Shown here: one piece after another, positions 11,501-22,147 of the stretch | Layout: every line of letters begins with the position of its first letter | Position numbering within the stretch: the stretch's first letter is position 1 | Made by a program: the position numbers and the translations under genes | Source of the DNA: Marsupella aquatica | Taxonomy: Eukaryota > Plantae > Marchantiophyta | Direction of reading: 5' to 3' | NCBI GenBank assembly: GCA_973895155.1 | Contig: OZ316899.1 | Coordinates: 4,219,241 to 4,283,240 of the forward strand | Length of the DNA: 64,000 nucleotides | The notes under the pieces: model-generated | Seen by the model: the letters and a program-made list of their open reading frames with translations, nothing else | Databases searched by the model: none | What the model was told of the DNA's origin: nothing

Positions 11501-11939
11501 CGAAGGACAGGCCGCGCCACCTGCACCAGTGCCGGAAGTAAGTGGGAAGGGGAAGGGACCAGATGCCGAGCCACCAACGAAGAAGAAGCGGAAACCTTCA
11601 AGGTCAAGGAGTAATACGACTTCACAGGCCGTGGTGATCAAGGAGGTAGACCCAGCACCGACCCCAGACAGGGTCACGGCTAAGGATCCAACTACCCTAG
11701 GGGAAGGGGAGGCCGAAGCCGAGGGAGTGGCTGAAGCCGAAGCCGTGGGAGTGGCTGAGGCCGAAGCCGTGGGTATTGCCGAGGCCGGTGTCGAGGCTGA
11801 AGCCGAAGGTGGACCCAGTCAGGCCGAGGGAGAGTTGACTCGGTCAAGGGCAGGTAATCTGTCAGTAGGCGGGCCAACGGCAGTGGCTGAGGGGGAAGTG
11901 TTGGGGGCGTCCATTGAGGATCCACCACCGGTGTCGTGA
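8578..11939 (+). pseudogene. ~1120-aa PMD-like + Pro-rich + coiled-coil protein, one frameshift near 9995
   Basis: ORFs 8578-10149 and 10053-11939 overlap; in X2 the equivalent junction (TKADPFVGD...GVRMYMG) is in one frame. SWEPET..RIYG....T...IAEVFGLPIG (~9280-9378) resembles the plant mobile domain core. Confidence 0.75.
11710..11810 (+). repeat. Degenerate 24-bp tandem repeat encoding AEAE(G/A)VGV
   Basis: GCCGAAGCCG.GGGAGTGGCTGA units; absent in this form from X2. Confidence 0.8.
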
Positions 11940-12850
11940 CGGTGCAAGGGCGCCGTTCCTTTTAGGGAGGGCGGACGTGGAGGGAGGAGGCGTGAGTGGG
12001 CAGGGCGGGCGCGGATCTCCACGTTTAGGATTAGGATTAGAACCAGGAGCGGCCCTAACACTTAGCTTAGTGGGATTGCGGTTCCACTGGTAGGAGCAAC
12101 ACTTGTGCTCCTGCCTTGCTGTACATAGGTAGATTCGGGCAAGTAGATTACTGTCAGGTAGATTAGGCTTACGATGCAAAGAATGGCGGATCCACTACCA
12201 GGATAAGTACCTGGGCAGCGGGGAGCTCAGGGCCTCTTCTTTAGCAAGTTTTTAGTTTGCACCAGCCGGGCTAGGATCAAGTAGTACGAGAAGCTCTCGG
12301 TTAGTCATACAGTGACCCTTGTGTATATTCATGTTTCCTCATGCCTAAGAGCTGAATAGAGTTGGCCTCACGGCTTAGTTCGCAGAACTGGTGTATGAGA
12401 TGTACTGTTTGTATGGCAAGTGCATGGTATGACTCAGTCAGAATGAGTCATTTTGCTATTTGTGTGTCGCATTAACTTGTGTGAAGAGTGCCCACATCAA
12501 CAGAAGGAAGGAAAGTAAGCAGGGGAGTGAGAGTTGGATGTGTCGAGCTGAGAGAGGTCTTAGCGGCTTAACCAAGCCTATTGGGGATCATTCCGGCGGC
12601 GGAATCCAAACATACCTAACAAGACGGAGGGGAAGACAGGGGAAGACCTATATTAGGCCGGCTACGTATCTCATGACCCGATGAAGGATCTGTCCAGTAT
12701 ATGTGTGTAAAATGTTAATAGTAGTAGTAGAAGGTTAGCAGCGTCCCATGCCGCTAAGCCGCGGAAACGGCCTCGCCAAGCACGAAACCTGCGGGAATCG
12801 GCTTGAGCTGGGGGGTTTCTTGGGTTTAGGGAGCCATGGGACGCACCACA

Positions 12851-15595
12851 CGCTTCTCTCTCGGTCGTAGTGTAATTCCTTTCATGCACGTTTAACAGTC
12901 TACTGGCATAGTATACTGGTAAATCGATACCTTGTTCTCCCTTCTGTGCCAACACCGCTCCCACCGCCACCAGAGAGGCATCTGTATGTAGATGGAACTC
13001 CTTCTTCCAATCTGGTTCCTTGAGTATGGGTGCATGGCACAACCGGTCCTTGATTTCTTCAAACGCTTTCTGACAGTCGTCGTCCCAAGTGAACGTTTGA
13101 TGGTTACTCGTTAATCGTGCCAACGGGGCACTGATTTGGGAGTAACTCTTGATGTAACGATGATAGAAACCTCCACTTCCCAGGAACCTTCTGACTTGGG
13201 TTGCACTATTGGGGACTGGCATCTCTTTAATGATTTTTATCTTATCTGGGTCTACTAACAAGCCCTGTTTACAAACTATGTGTCCTAATATCTTGCCCGA
13301 TGGTACAAAGAAGGTGCACTTATCAGGGTTCAGGCTGACTCCCCCTTCCCTACATCTTAAGAGACATAATCTGAGGTGGCCTATGTGTTGCTCTTCCTCT
13401 TCGTATATGGTGAAGTCATCCAGGAAGATTTGCATAAACTGATTCAAATACTCATGAAATAACATCATCATTAATCGCTGAAATGTACTAGGCCCATTGC
13501 ATAATCCAAAGGGTAATACGAGACACTGGAAAGCGCCCCATTCCATAATGAAAGTGGTTAGCTCCCTCGCTTCTGTTGCTAACCGGACCTGACTGTACCC
13601 GCTGTACCCATCTAGAAATGAATAAGCTGATTTTCCTGCTACCACATCCAGAACTGCTTCTAGAAATGGTACTGGAAAAGGGTCTTTTATGGTAGCTGCG
13701 TTTAATTTTCTGAAATCAATGCAGACTCTCAACTTCCCATTTTTCTTAGGTACTACGACTATCGGAGATAGCCACGTATAACGCTTAACGGGTTCAATGA
13801 ATTTGGCATCAAGGAGCCTTTGGATTTCTTCTTTTACCTTTTCCGCATAGTTGGGGTTCATCCTATATCGTTGCGTCTGCACCGGTACTGACCCTGGTAC
13901 GAGTCGGATTCGATGTACGCCAATTGACTCTGGTACTCCCTTCAACTCCGTGTAATCCCAGGCAAAAACATCTTGGAATTCGGCGAGTAGTGTAACAAGT
14001 TCCTCTTTGAGCTCGGGGGAAAGGTGCTTTCCTATCTTTACTTCTCGCGGTCGTTCGGTGTCACTCAAATCGACCTTCTGAATGTGCTCTTCCTCGGTGG
14101 CACTCCATCCCACCACTTTCTCTGCTAGATCCTGCAAGGTGGTCTGTGCTTCTTCCTCCTTTAACGAGCACTCCTGAATGCCTTGCGGGTCTATGTGTTT
14201 AAACAGATCGTTTCGTAGATCATGATCCATCTTTTCTCTGGTCATTCCTTGCATCTCGTCGAGCTTGACTATTTCCATATCTGAAATTGGTACTAAGTCT
14301 GGACGGCATTTTAAATAGGTCTCTTCTTCATCCTCATTCAACCCCTCTGCCCAGTTCAAAGTACAGACTCTGGCCATAGGTGGTACACCGTCTTCGATGG
14401 CCTTGGTCCTGATCTTGAAGGTCTCTCCTTTGTGTTCTATTTTTATATAATCCTTTTCTTCCCCCCAGTGTTGTTTTACTTTGGCCTGTCTTAGCCAAGG
14501 TCGTCCTAACAACATGGGTTGTCCTTGGGTAGAATCTGCTTCTCTCAAAACTACCACTCCTAAATTGTACTTGATGCTTGAAATCAGCATTGGTAAGTCT
14601 GGCACGTAACCCAGTGGGTGACAGCTGCTTTGATCGGCCATTACTAGATTAAAAGGGGCCACTAAGAGCTTGACTCTACCTAGCAGTCTGTAGGTCTGCT
14701 CACTCATGAGGTTTACAGCTGACCCTCCATCCAGCAATACGTTCTTCAGTTTGATGCCCCTTACGCTGATCTGTACTACGGCTCCTTGGTCGATCAGGGG
14801 AATCTTCCCAGCTTGGTACAGTGGTACCCCTGGCAGTGTGGTAGGACTAATTTTGCCTCCCAACCGTCTCATTACTGCTTCCTTGCACTGTGGTGCTAAC
14901 TGGAACAGTTCCTCGACAGTGATGTCGACTCTGGTCTTCGCGATGAGTTGCACTAGCTTATCCACTATTCGCCGGTTCGCTTCGGCAGGGTTATTCGGTG
15001 GTTCTTCGTCTCGTGGGAGTTGTCCCGTTTCTTGATCGAATCCCCCCATCGTCACTCCCTCCTCTAGAATTTCAGTATCCGTCTCTGCGTAAGGTTCTGA
15101 ACGCATTAATCGTTCAGGCCGTGGCAGCGTCTCGTTCTGCTGTTTGTGGTGAATTTCATCCGCTATTTCTCGTGTGGTTGCGTCCATTTGGCTCCAATCA
15201 AATCCTCCCTCAGTCTCCGTGGGATTGGTTGGGGTTGAGTCCTCTGGCTGCCCCTGAGATCTTGTCACCACGTATGTCGACACCTGCACAGTGTTCACAG
15301 GTGCTGGGGCTTTTCCCGCTATTTCTTCCTTTTCTTTCATATGCTTCATCCATAATTCACAATCAGGGCCCCTGATGTGGCCGGTTAGTCGACAGTAATA
15401 GCAAATCGGTGGGTATTTAGCCCCACCATCCTTATAAGGCCTTTGGTTTGCGTTACGATCAGGATTGTAATATCCCTGGCTACTCTCCATCCTATCCCCA
15501 TCTTGTTTGCTTGTTCCTACCTGATTTACACCTAGGCTAGGTTTCTTTTTAAAAGGATTTTGGTTGCATTCCTGAGTAGTGTGTCCAGGCCTCAT
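12851..15595 (-). CDS. pol: Element B Gag zinc knuckles, protease, RT and RNase H 5' half (open up to the X1 insertion)
   Basis: CYYCRLTGHIRGPDC, LLDGGSAVNLM, LDGYSGYSQV, FGLCNGP, FLDDF, LHTDAS. Confidence 0.95.
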
Positions 15596-15667
15596 ATGTA
15601 TTTCACAGAATTTACGAGTACTAACCTCGCCTCGCTCTCGGTTTTCCTTGACTTCTACCTTAGAAGT

Positions 15668-16420
15668 TTATGTTTTCCGATTAACCCTCTCTTTGTCCTT
15701 ACTGCTCTCGTTCTTTTCCTGGTTAAGCATCTGAGTAATGCCCTCTAGCCGTATTAATCTTTTCTCGTATTCATCAGCATTAGAAGTGGGATTTTGTTCC
15801 ACCACTGTGACTAGACTCCCCTTCACAGCCTTCCTCATCCAGCTAATTTGTTGCCCATCGGACGGTTTATTTGTTAATCCTCTCATTGTTACCTTTAACC
15901 GTCCAATATAGTTTTGTACTGGTTCTCCTTTCTTCTGAGTCATGTTTTGCAGAATGCTATACAAATCGGACTCTTCCTTAGCCCTTCTGTAATGATCTAA
16001 GAATTCTTTTGAAAAATCAGGCCAAGTTTTGAAATGGTCAGCTGGGTATTGAGTGTACCATACAAAAGTCTCCTTGTCCAGCGAGCTGGGAAACAGCTCT
16101 AATCGGGATGTGTCGTTCTGTTCGTGGTTAGCTCTGAGCATTTCTTTGAAACGTGCTAAGTGGGTATCGGCATCTTCATCAGGTGCTCCCTTGAACATGG
16201 GTATTTTAACCCTTCTAGTAGGAGCCGATCTTGAACTACTGCCAGCTCCTTGGTGGATTTTAAGTCGTTCCATGGCTTCTTCCAAGTTTTCTTCGACCTT
16301 ATCTTGAGTCCTTGAATTCTCGATTCGTTCTTCGGCCTCAAGTCTGGGTCTGCTTTCTTGGAAAGGTTCGAACTCCCCTGCCATTTCCCCTTCGTTGGGA
16401 TTGACGGGCATCTTGCCCAT
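15668..16420 (-). CDS. gag: Element B gag (capsid region), separated from the downstream frame by one in-frame TAA
   Basis: IPMFKGAPDEDADTHLARF...WY...TW..FSKEFL...Y. The frame after the TAA reads directly into RKFCEIHMRPGHTTQEC. Confidence 0.9.
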   Translation of the reverse strand: MGKMPVNPNEGEMAGEFEPFQESRPRLEAEERIENSRTQDKVEENLEEAMERLKIHQGAGSSSRSAPTRRVKIPMFKGAPDEDADTHLARFKEMLRANHEQNDTSRLELFPSSLDKETFVWYTQYPADHFKTWPDFSKEFLDHYRRAKEESDLYSILQNMTQKKGEPVQNYIGRLKVTMRGLTNKPSDGQQISWMRKAVKGSLVTVVEQNPTSNADEYEKRLIRLEGITQMLNQEKNESSKDKERVNRKT

Positions 16421-16643
16421 TTATCTTTTGGGGTAGCAAAGCCCTTTCTCTGCCTACAAGCAATATACTCGACGATCAGGTCTTTTCTTTACAAAGGTGG
16501 CGTCAAGTTCTTATTACTCGTTACTTTTCACAAAAACGGAGACCTTCTACTGTCTCCTTTACTTGACTAATGTTATGACCTCTATTAATCAGTTTCTCTC
16601 TCTCCTTTACTTAATTGTGGCTATGCCCTCTGCGAAATGACTC

Positions 16644-16958
16644 CTATTCACTTAAACTAGGAGTGCAGGCTTCTGGAGCCATGAGTTCCTCGTTAAAGCA
16701 CATCATTAATAACTGTTTTAACATAGAAAACTCAAAACTGTCATGTTGACTCCACATCATACATCCTGGGCAAGCCCCTGTGGTTTCCTCTAGTTTAGAA
16801 CTTAATTTCCTAGCGATTCTGCCTATCTGGAATGCTATCGCAATAGGGTACTCATTTCGATTCCAATGACACCACTCTAAGATCTTTCTAAGGTCCTCCT
16901 TCCTCTTGGGTAGGCGGTACTGCGTGTAGCCTTGGGGTAACCGATCACTTGGTGGCAT
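16644..16958 (-). CDS. Element B upstream ORF2, 104 aa, unknown (CPGC..H motif)
   Basis: ATG at 16958, overlapping the ORF1 end by 14 nt; lies between PBS and gag. Confidence 0.4.
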   Translation of the reverse strand: MPPSDRLPQGYTQYRLPKRKEDLRKILEWCHWNRNEYPIAIAFQIGRIARKLSSKLEETTGACPGCMMWSQHDSFEFSMLKQLLMMCFNEELMAPEACTPSLSE

Positions 16959-17226
16959 GGTCGCTGTTGTAAACACTGCTCCGAACAGAGGATTGAAAAT
17001 GAATCGCCCGCCTCCTCACGTTCCAGGTTCCGCCATGCGCTTCTCGAAGTACCAACTCGGTGTGTGTGGGCGTGGTGTAAGCGATTATCATAACATCGCC
17101 TTCTCGTGCATTGCTCCTCCCGTTGGCCAGTATCGAGTGCTCTTTCTCGTTCAGTGTCGTTATGATTGCTGCTTCGGCATCTTTCTCGAAATAGAACAAC
17201 ATCCAGAATTCCTTTGGTGAGTTCAT
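16945..17226 (-). CDS. Element B upstream ORF1, 93 aa, unknown
   Basis: ATG start ~100 nt after the PBS; globular-looking composition. Confidence 0.4.
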   Translation of the reverse strand: MNSPKEFWMLFYFEKDAEAAIITTLNEKEHSILANGRSNAREGDVMIIAYTTPTHTELVLREAHGGTWNVRRRAIHFQSSVRSSVYNSDHATK

Positions 17227-17322
17227 GTCACCCGTTTGCCCTTCTTGATTTGCTCTTCTCTCTCCTGGTTCGGACTGCTGGTCGTAGCAGTTGCTCCTCT
17301 CTCGGAACCCTCAACGAGGCGT

Positions 17323-17340
17323 TCCCCAGTATGGTCGCCA
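17323..17340 (-). promoter_or_regulatory. Primer-binding site of element B
   Basis: TGGCGACCATACTGGGGA, 4 nt after the 5' LTR. Resembles the tRNA-Arg-type PBS of Tat/Ogre elements; tRNA identity not verified. Confidence 0.85.
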
Positions 17341-17344
17341 AAAA

Positions 17345-19333
17345 TGTTAAACGCCCAGTTTGACTTGCGATTAACGGACGTCTAACTGCCTTCTTTGCAG
17401 TATCTCTCGCTTAAACGATCAACCGACCGTCTAGCGGGGTACTCCCCTCTTCCTCTATATAGTCCCCGTAAGTGAATCCTACCAAGTGCTCTATAATGTC
17501 TAACTCTTCCTTCCACTTCTTGGGCACAACTGCTTCAGTCAACACCAGACCCTCCCTGTAGATGATCTCGATAAACCCACACCAGTAGCGGTAAGTAATT
17601 AAACAGATGGGAATACTCTCCTGGCGTAACGCTTGGGTAATCAGGTGGGAACCGATGGAACAGATCCACAATTCCAGTGGTCTTAACTTAATCAAGGAGC
17701 AAGGCTTGTCCCCCTTACTATCTACATTCATGGTTGTTATAGTAGCAGTGACCGGGTTAGGTCCTGCTGTCCCTCAATCGGCCTTCCTGGCAATCGATCT
17801 GTCTTTGGCTAAATCAAGCAATTTAAATAGAGGTATCCGTAGTAGGAACCCCAGTTTAATGGTTGACCCTGTATGTTGAAGGTGTACGACGACCAAGGTC
17901 ACGTCCTGGATACACACAATCTCCAACCAGACCTTGCTTCCCACGAGCTGTCTGTTAAATCGCTGCCTTAACATGCTAAACCGTAAGGTCCTCACTTGTA
18001 GTGAGACGATTTCCATTCATCCCAGTGATTTACGATTAATTGACTTAACACATGTTCCTAATGAGTACTTCGCGCAAACTCCCATAACCACACTCCTCGA
18101 CTCTCAGTATTAATCACGAATGCCTCTCCTTCTTCGAATGACTTTCAAAGTTACTGCTTCTTCTGACTTAATTCACAACATTCTTCCAACGTTGACTCTG
18201 GACTCTTACTCACCGCTCAAGCACAAGGTAACGAAGTTCCTCTGCACTCTATTGCATTCATACACATCTTTTTATAATCGAAAACTACTCAAAACGAGTA
18301 GGGACACTAATACAAAATGCTGGTAATCTTGAGGTGAGTCCGGCTCTACCTCTCAACCAAGCTCCTAGCAAAAAGTGACAGAGCGCCTAGCGCTCCACAG
18401 CCTCTAAATACCTATGCCTCGTGTCCGTCTTGGCTGAGGTTTCTAACTACTTTCCGGGGCGCGCCGACTTCAGTTGGACGGTTTGCCCTTCAGCTGCAGT
18501 CTCCTACGCTAATCTGCCAAGAAACTCTAACTGTCTCCTGCCAAGAACGATGAGCGAGCCAAGAACTGTGTTTACATGTCAAGAAGATTCCCGTGGTTAC
18601 TGAACTGTGCAACGACGCCCTTGATTCTCTTCTTTGATGGCGCCTGAATTGGAAGCTTCCGGACTTTTGATCGCCAATTCTGCTAAGTGTGAAACGACAT
18701 TTAGGTTATCGTCCCCTTCCTTAGTGGTAGTCGCTTTGTTGGCGACGATTACTTGACCGGCGATGATTAATCGGCATGCAATCCGTTGATCGCAGTTGTT
18801 ATCCCGCCTTAGTACCAGATTCCACTTCTTCCGCATGACATTTCTGCAGAATTCCTCAATGGCCCCGCTGGTCGTGAATCGCTGATGAAACTCTTCGCCC
18901 TTCATTCCAAACAATTGTTGCCCGGCCTCATCCCAGACACGACAGCTCCCTTCTTTCACCCAAATGGTGAACATAATCATAAGCACTCCTTCGCGTAGCG
19001 GTTTACACCTATGCCCTACTCGATTTCGGCTAATAGGGGTTCCCATGTCGGTCCCCTCTTGTCTTTTTTGTCGAGCCCTTGTGCCTAAGGCACAGACTTT
19101 GCCATCTGCTAGAAAGCCATCGCAACCTTCATAACAGAACTCTACTCCTATCCGGCCACTAATCGCGATGATTGTTGCCTCTCCTAATTCTAGCCTTTCC
19201 GCCATTCTAAAAGGATGCAATGAACTGCTACCGGTCCTTGCGTGCTTCTCCCTAAATACCCTGGATTAACTTCTGGCTGACGCTTCTAAGACTAAAGGAC
19301 TATAATTTAACTGGTGTAATGTTACCGTTTACA
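17345..19333 (-). repeat. Element B 5' LTR
   Basis: Direct repeat of 1495-3483; TG..CA ends; adjacent to the PBS. Confidence 0.97.
18597..19205 (-). CDS. RPA1 DBD-C-like OB-fold protein, copy in the B 5' LTR
   Basis: Same length and frame as 2747-3355; about a dozen amino-acid differences, no stop. Confidence 0.65.
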   Translation of the reverse strand: MAERLELGEATIIAISGRIGVEFCYEGCDGFLADGKVCALGTRARQKRQEGTDMGTPISRNRVGHRCKPLREGVLMIMFTIWVKEGSCRVWDEAGQQLFGMKGEEFHQRFTTSGAIEEFCRNVMRKKWNLVLRRDNNCDQRIACRLIIAGQVIVANKATTTKEGDDNLNVVSHLAELAIKSPEASNSGAIKEENQGRRCTVQ

Positions 19334-20159
19334 TTTCTCCCAAATGACTAGGTATGTAGGTTAGAAGCAGTTGGCTGTCTTGAATTCTTCTCAAGATTGT
19401 TTGTTGGTACACATTGATGTTGATGACATTTTGCAAGATCTTGAATTGATCACATTAGTCTTGTATCATTGTGAACTATAATTTGGATAAATTCTGTTGC
19501 TATGAATGCTTCATTTTGAAAATGTGTTCAACTCATTTCGAATCATGCCTTTGAATGTGTTGAATGCACCATATGTTTCATTATACTCTGCAATTGTCAT
19601 GAATGCATAATACTTTGAAAACTATGACTAGAATAAAATAGTCATAGACAAGAGTGCATCTCACAATTATACCACAAATACTAACGCAAGACCCATCAGT
19701 CCTCAACAATTGCCCTATAAGTCATGTTCATTACTCGGCCCTGTAGTTTCCTTAAACGATCTTAGTTATAAACACTACTAACACCAGATCCAAAGGATGT
19801 GTTGACAACTTGGAGATGTTAAAACTGATACTTCTGAAAGACTACACATAGTCACAACTTAGTCGCAAACACCAGTAATCTCAGTTCGTCGGAGGTCATG
19901 GTAGTAAGAGAGGCATGACTGATGGTAGTCACAGTGTAGTCACATTAGATGTGTGGTTTTATGCTCTTTTTTAGTCTAAACCTAGTCATAGTTTGGGTAT
20001 CATCCATGTCACGATGTACAGTAGTATTAGTGACTTTCCACATTTTAGTCACCATTTAGATAACTCATGCGGTCTCAACCAGGGTCACGGTTGAGGAAGT
20101 CACGTTGGTGTCACAAGGGCTAAAAATAGTCACAATTTCTGGTCTCAACAAGGCTCGGA

Positions 20160-22147
20160 TTCTTCTAGTGGGAGAAGCAAGACCTTGGTTCAACAGCCTA
20201 TCAAATGCCACCAAGAATGACTGGGATGCCTTCAAGCTAGCCTTCTTGCAGGAGTTTAGGAAGGTGGGAGAAGAATTGAAAGCTTTGATCAAGATGGGAG
20301 AGATCAGAATGGGATCCAAGGAGTCAGTAAGGAGGTTTCTGCAAAGGTTTCAAAGGTTCGCTACCAATCTTGACCCTAGACCAGTAGACTCCATGTTGTT
20401 GGCATGGTTTGTGGCAAGCCTACCCAAGAAGATGGGTGTCTCAGTAAGGCAATCCTAATACTTTGGAGGAGACCATTGAGGCAGCGCAATCTTATAGGAG
20501 TGCTGAGATCTCTAGTTCCAAGAGTAGGAGAAAGAAGAAGCGATTTGCCCATAGTGATTCTTCTTCTAGCGCAAGTGACTCAAGTAGTTCAGTTGAAGAT
20601 ACTTCTGATTCAGAATCTGAGGAGAGTAGTTCTAGTTCAGAATCAGAAGCTGATTTTGAAGAGGACTCTAAGAAGAAAAAGAAAAAGAAAAAGACAAAGA
20701 AAAAAAGCGACCTGAAGAGGAGAGCCAGCAAGAAGAAGCCAGGTGGTAAGCACCACAAATCTGCAACCTTCAACTTGGTGGAAGGCTCTACACCAACAAG
20801 CAAGGAGAAGAAGGTGATGGACAACAATTTGAGTGAGATCACCACCCAACTAAAGGCCCTATCAGTTCACTTTGCTGGTATGCAACCTGATAGGAGGAAG
20901 GTGCCGGTGAATAGAGCCCATGTATGGTGTGTCAAGTGCAAAAGTTTTGGCCATACACCTCAGGAGTGCCAAGGTTGGAGGAATCAAGTTCAGTATGTCA
21001 ATGAAGAGCCCAGTGAAGTTTATCAAGCAAGTGAAGTGGTGGACTACTTCTATGAAGAAGCCCCAGAGATGGTGTACCAGATTTCGGGAGGCCCAAGAAC
21101 TTTGCAAGGAAGACCAGCTCCACCCATGGCACCTCAACTTATGCCTGGTCTTCAACCAAGAATGGTGGATCAAATGGGACCTCAAGGACCTGGGGGAGTG
21201 GCAAGAACTACCGTGGTGATCTGCTGGAATTGTCAAAAACCAGGGCACTATTCCAATAGTTGCCCTGAACCAAGGAGACAAGGAAAAGGAGCTCCCTATC
21301 CTCTTTGTGCTGTTTGCAAAAGAGAGGGTCATACCACAGCCAACTGTCCTATTGGATCGGCTGCCAAGATGATGGTAGGAAGGGTGGAAGCTCCTCAACC
21401 AGTGGTTTTCAAAGCTCCTAGTGAAGCCACAGTGAACTTATTGAGTATGGAATGGCAAGAGGAGACCAAAGATGGAGTGACACAAGTTGTTGGTGGGGAG
21501 TACCAGCCAGATCTACCGGGAATGGAGACACCTGAGGAGGAAGCTGTGTGTTACAAGGTGTCTACCAGGTCCACAAGAAAGAAGGAGAGAGTAGAAGAGA
21601 GGAAGAAGAGGAAGGAAGGAAAGGAGCACTCAGTAGAGTCACCAACCAAAGTTGAAGTTGGAGCAGAAGTTCAAGTCCCACCAGCTGAAGATAGTGACTA
21701 CAAGAGGGACCATCCAAAGCTCTTCTATCCCAAGGTGAATGAGGAAGTCAAGAGGCAACTAGAGGAGATGGAGGCTAAGGAGCATCAAGAGGCCATCAAC
21801 AAAGACCTGAAGGTTGCTAAAGCTTTGAAGGAAGAAGCTGAGGTGGAAGAAAAGAAGGAGACCAACAAGGTACCCTCTTATGACATCAAGAAGGATGTGA
21901 AAGATTGTTTGGTTACTGCTACAGTGGGGCAGCTGATCAAAGACAACCCTTTGTATAGGAGGCAACTGAAGGAGATGTTGGTAGGAAGGAGAACTAAGGA
22001 GGAAACTTCCAAAGGTTGGGACCCCAGCTGATGTGATGATGGTTTGTGAAGACCTTGGAGCACCTGAGATTGATGTTCAAGTGAATGGGTGTGTACTCTC
22101 GTATGTACCAGTTGATGGAGGCTTAGGTGTGAATATCATGAATATCA
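20160..22147 (+). pseudogene. gag: Element C: 5'-truncated gag plus half protease, related to element D
   Basis: GEARPWF..W..FK.AFL; Ser/Lys-rich tract; three CCHC knuckles. YDI..DVK....T.GQL..DNP.YRRQL shared with D. VPVDGGLGVNIM at ~22105. Frameshifts near 20460 and 22000. Confidence 0.88.

Larger units (their letters stand above)
8205..12850 (+). mobile_element. Element X1: 4646-bp solo-LTR-like insertion carrying one long ORF
   Basis: Ends TGTGATGCCT...ACGCACCACA. TSD CGCTT at 8200-8204 and 12851-12855. Removing it restores B RNase H (TTEREA|LAMIFAV). No internal LTR pair, PBS or pol seen. Strand given is that of the ORF. Confidence 0.92.
1495..19333 (-). mobile_element. Element B: non-chromovirus (Athila/Tat-like) Ty3/gypsy LTR retrotransposon with accessory ORFs, degenerate
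   Basis: Two 1989-bp direct repeats with TG..CA ends. PBS, gag, PR, RT, RH, IN and PPT in order on the minus strand. Nonsense codons and frameshifts in integrase. No matching TSD. Confidence 0.95.

Noticed and set aside
8781-11928. Many minus-strand ORFs opposite the X gene, and similar ones opposite gag/pol elsewhere
   Set aside because: Antisense shadows of long ORFs, Ser/Leu/Phe-rich, with no domain features.
10053-11939. Host SMC/myosin-like gene
   Set aside because: Intronless, inside a TSD-bounded mobile unit, present in two TE copies; resemblance is generic coiled coil.
17323-17340. tRNA genes at the PBS sites (also 36945, 46995, 62416)
   Set aside because: Only 12-18 nt complements of tRNA 3' ends, with no cloverleaf.
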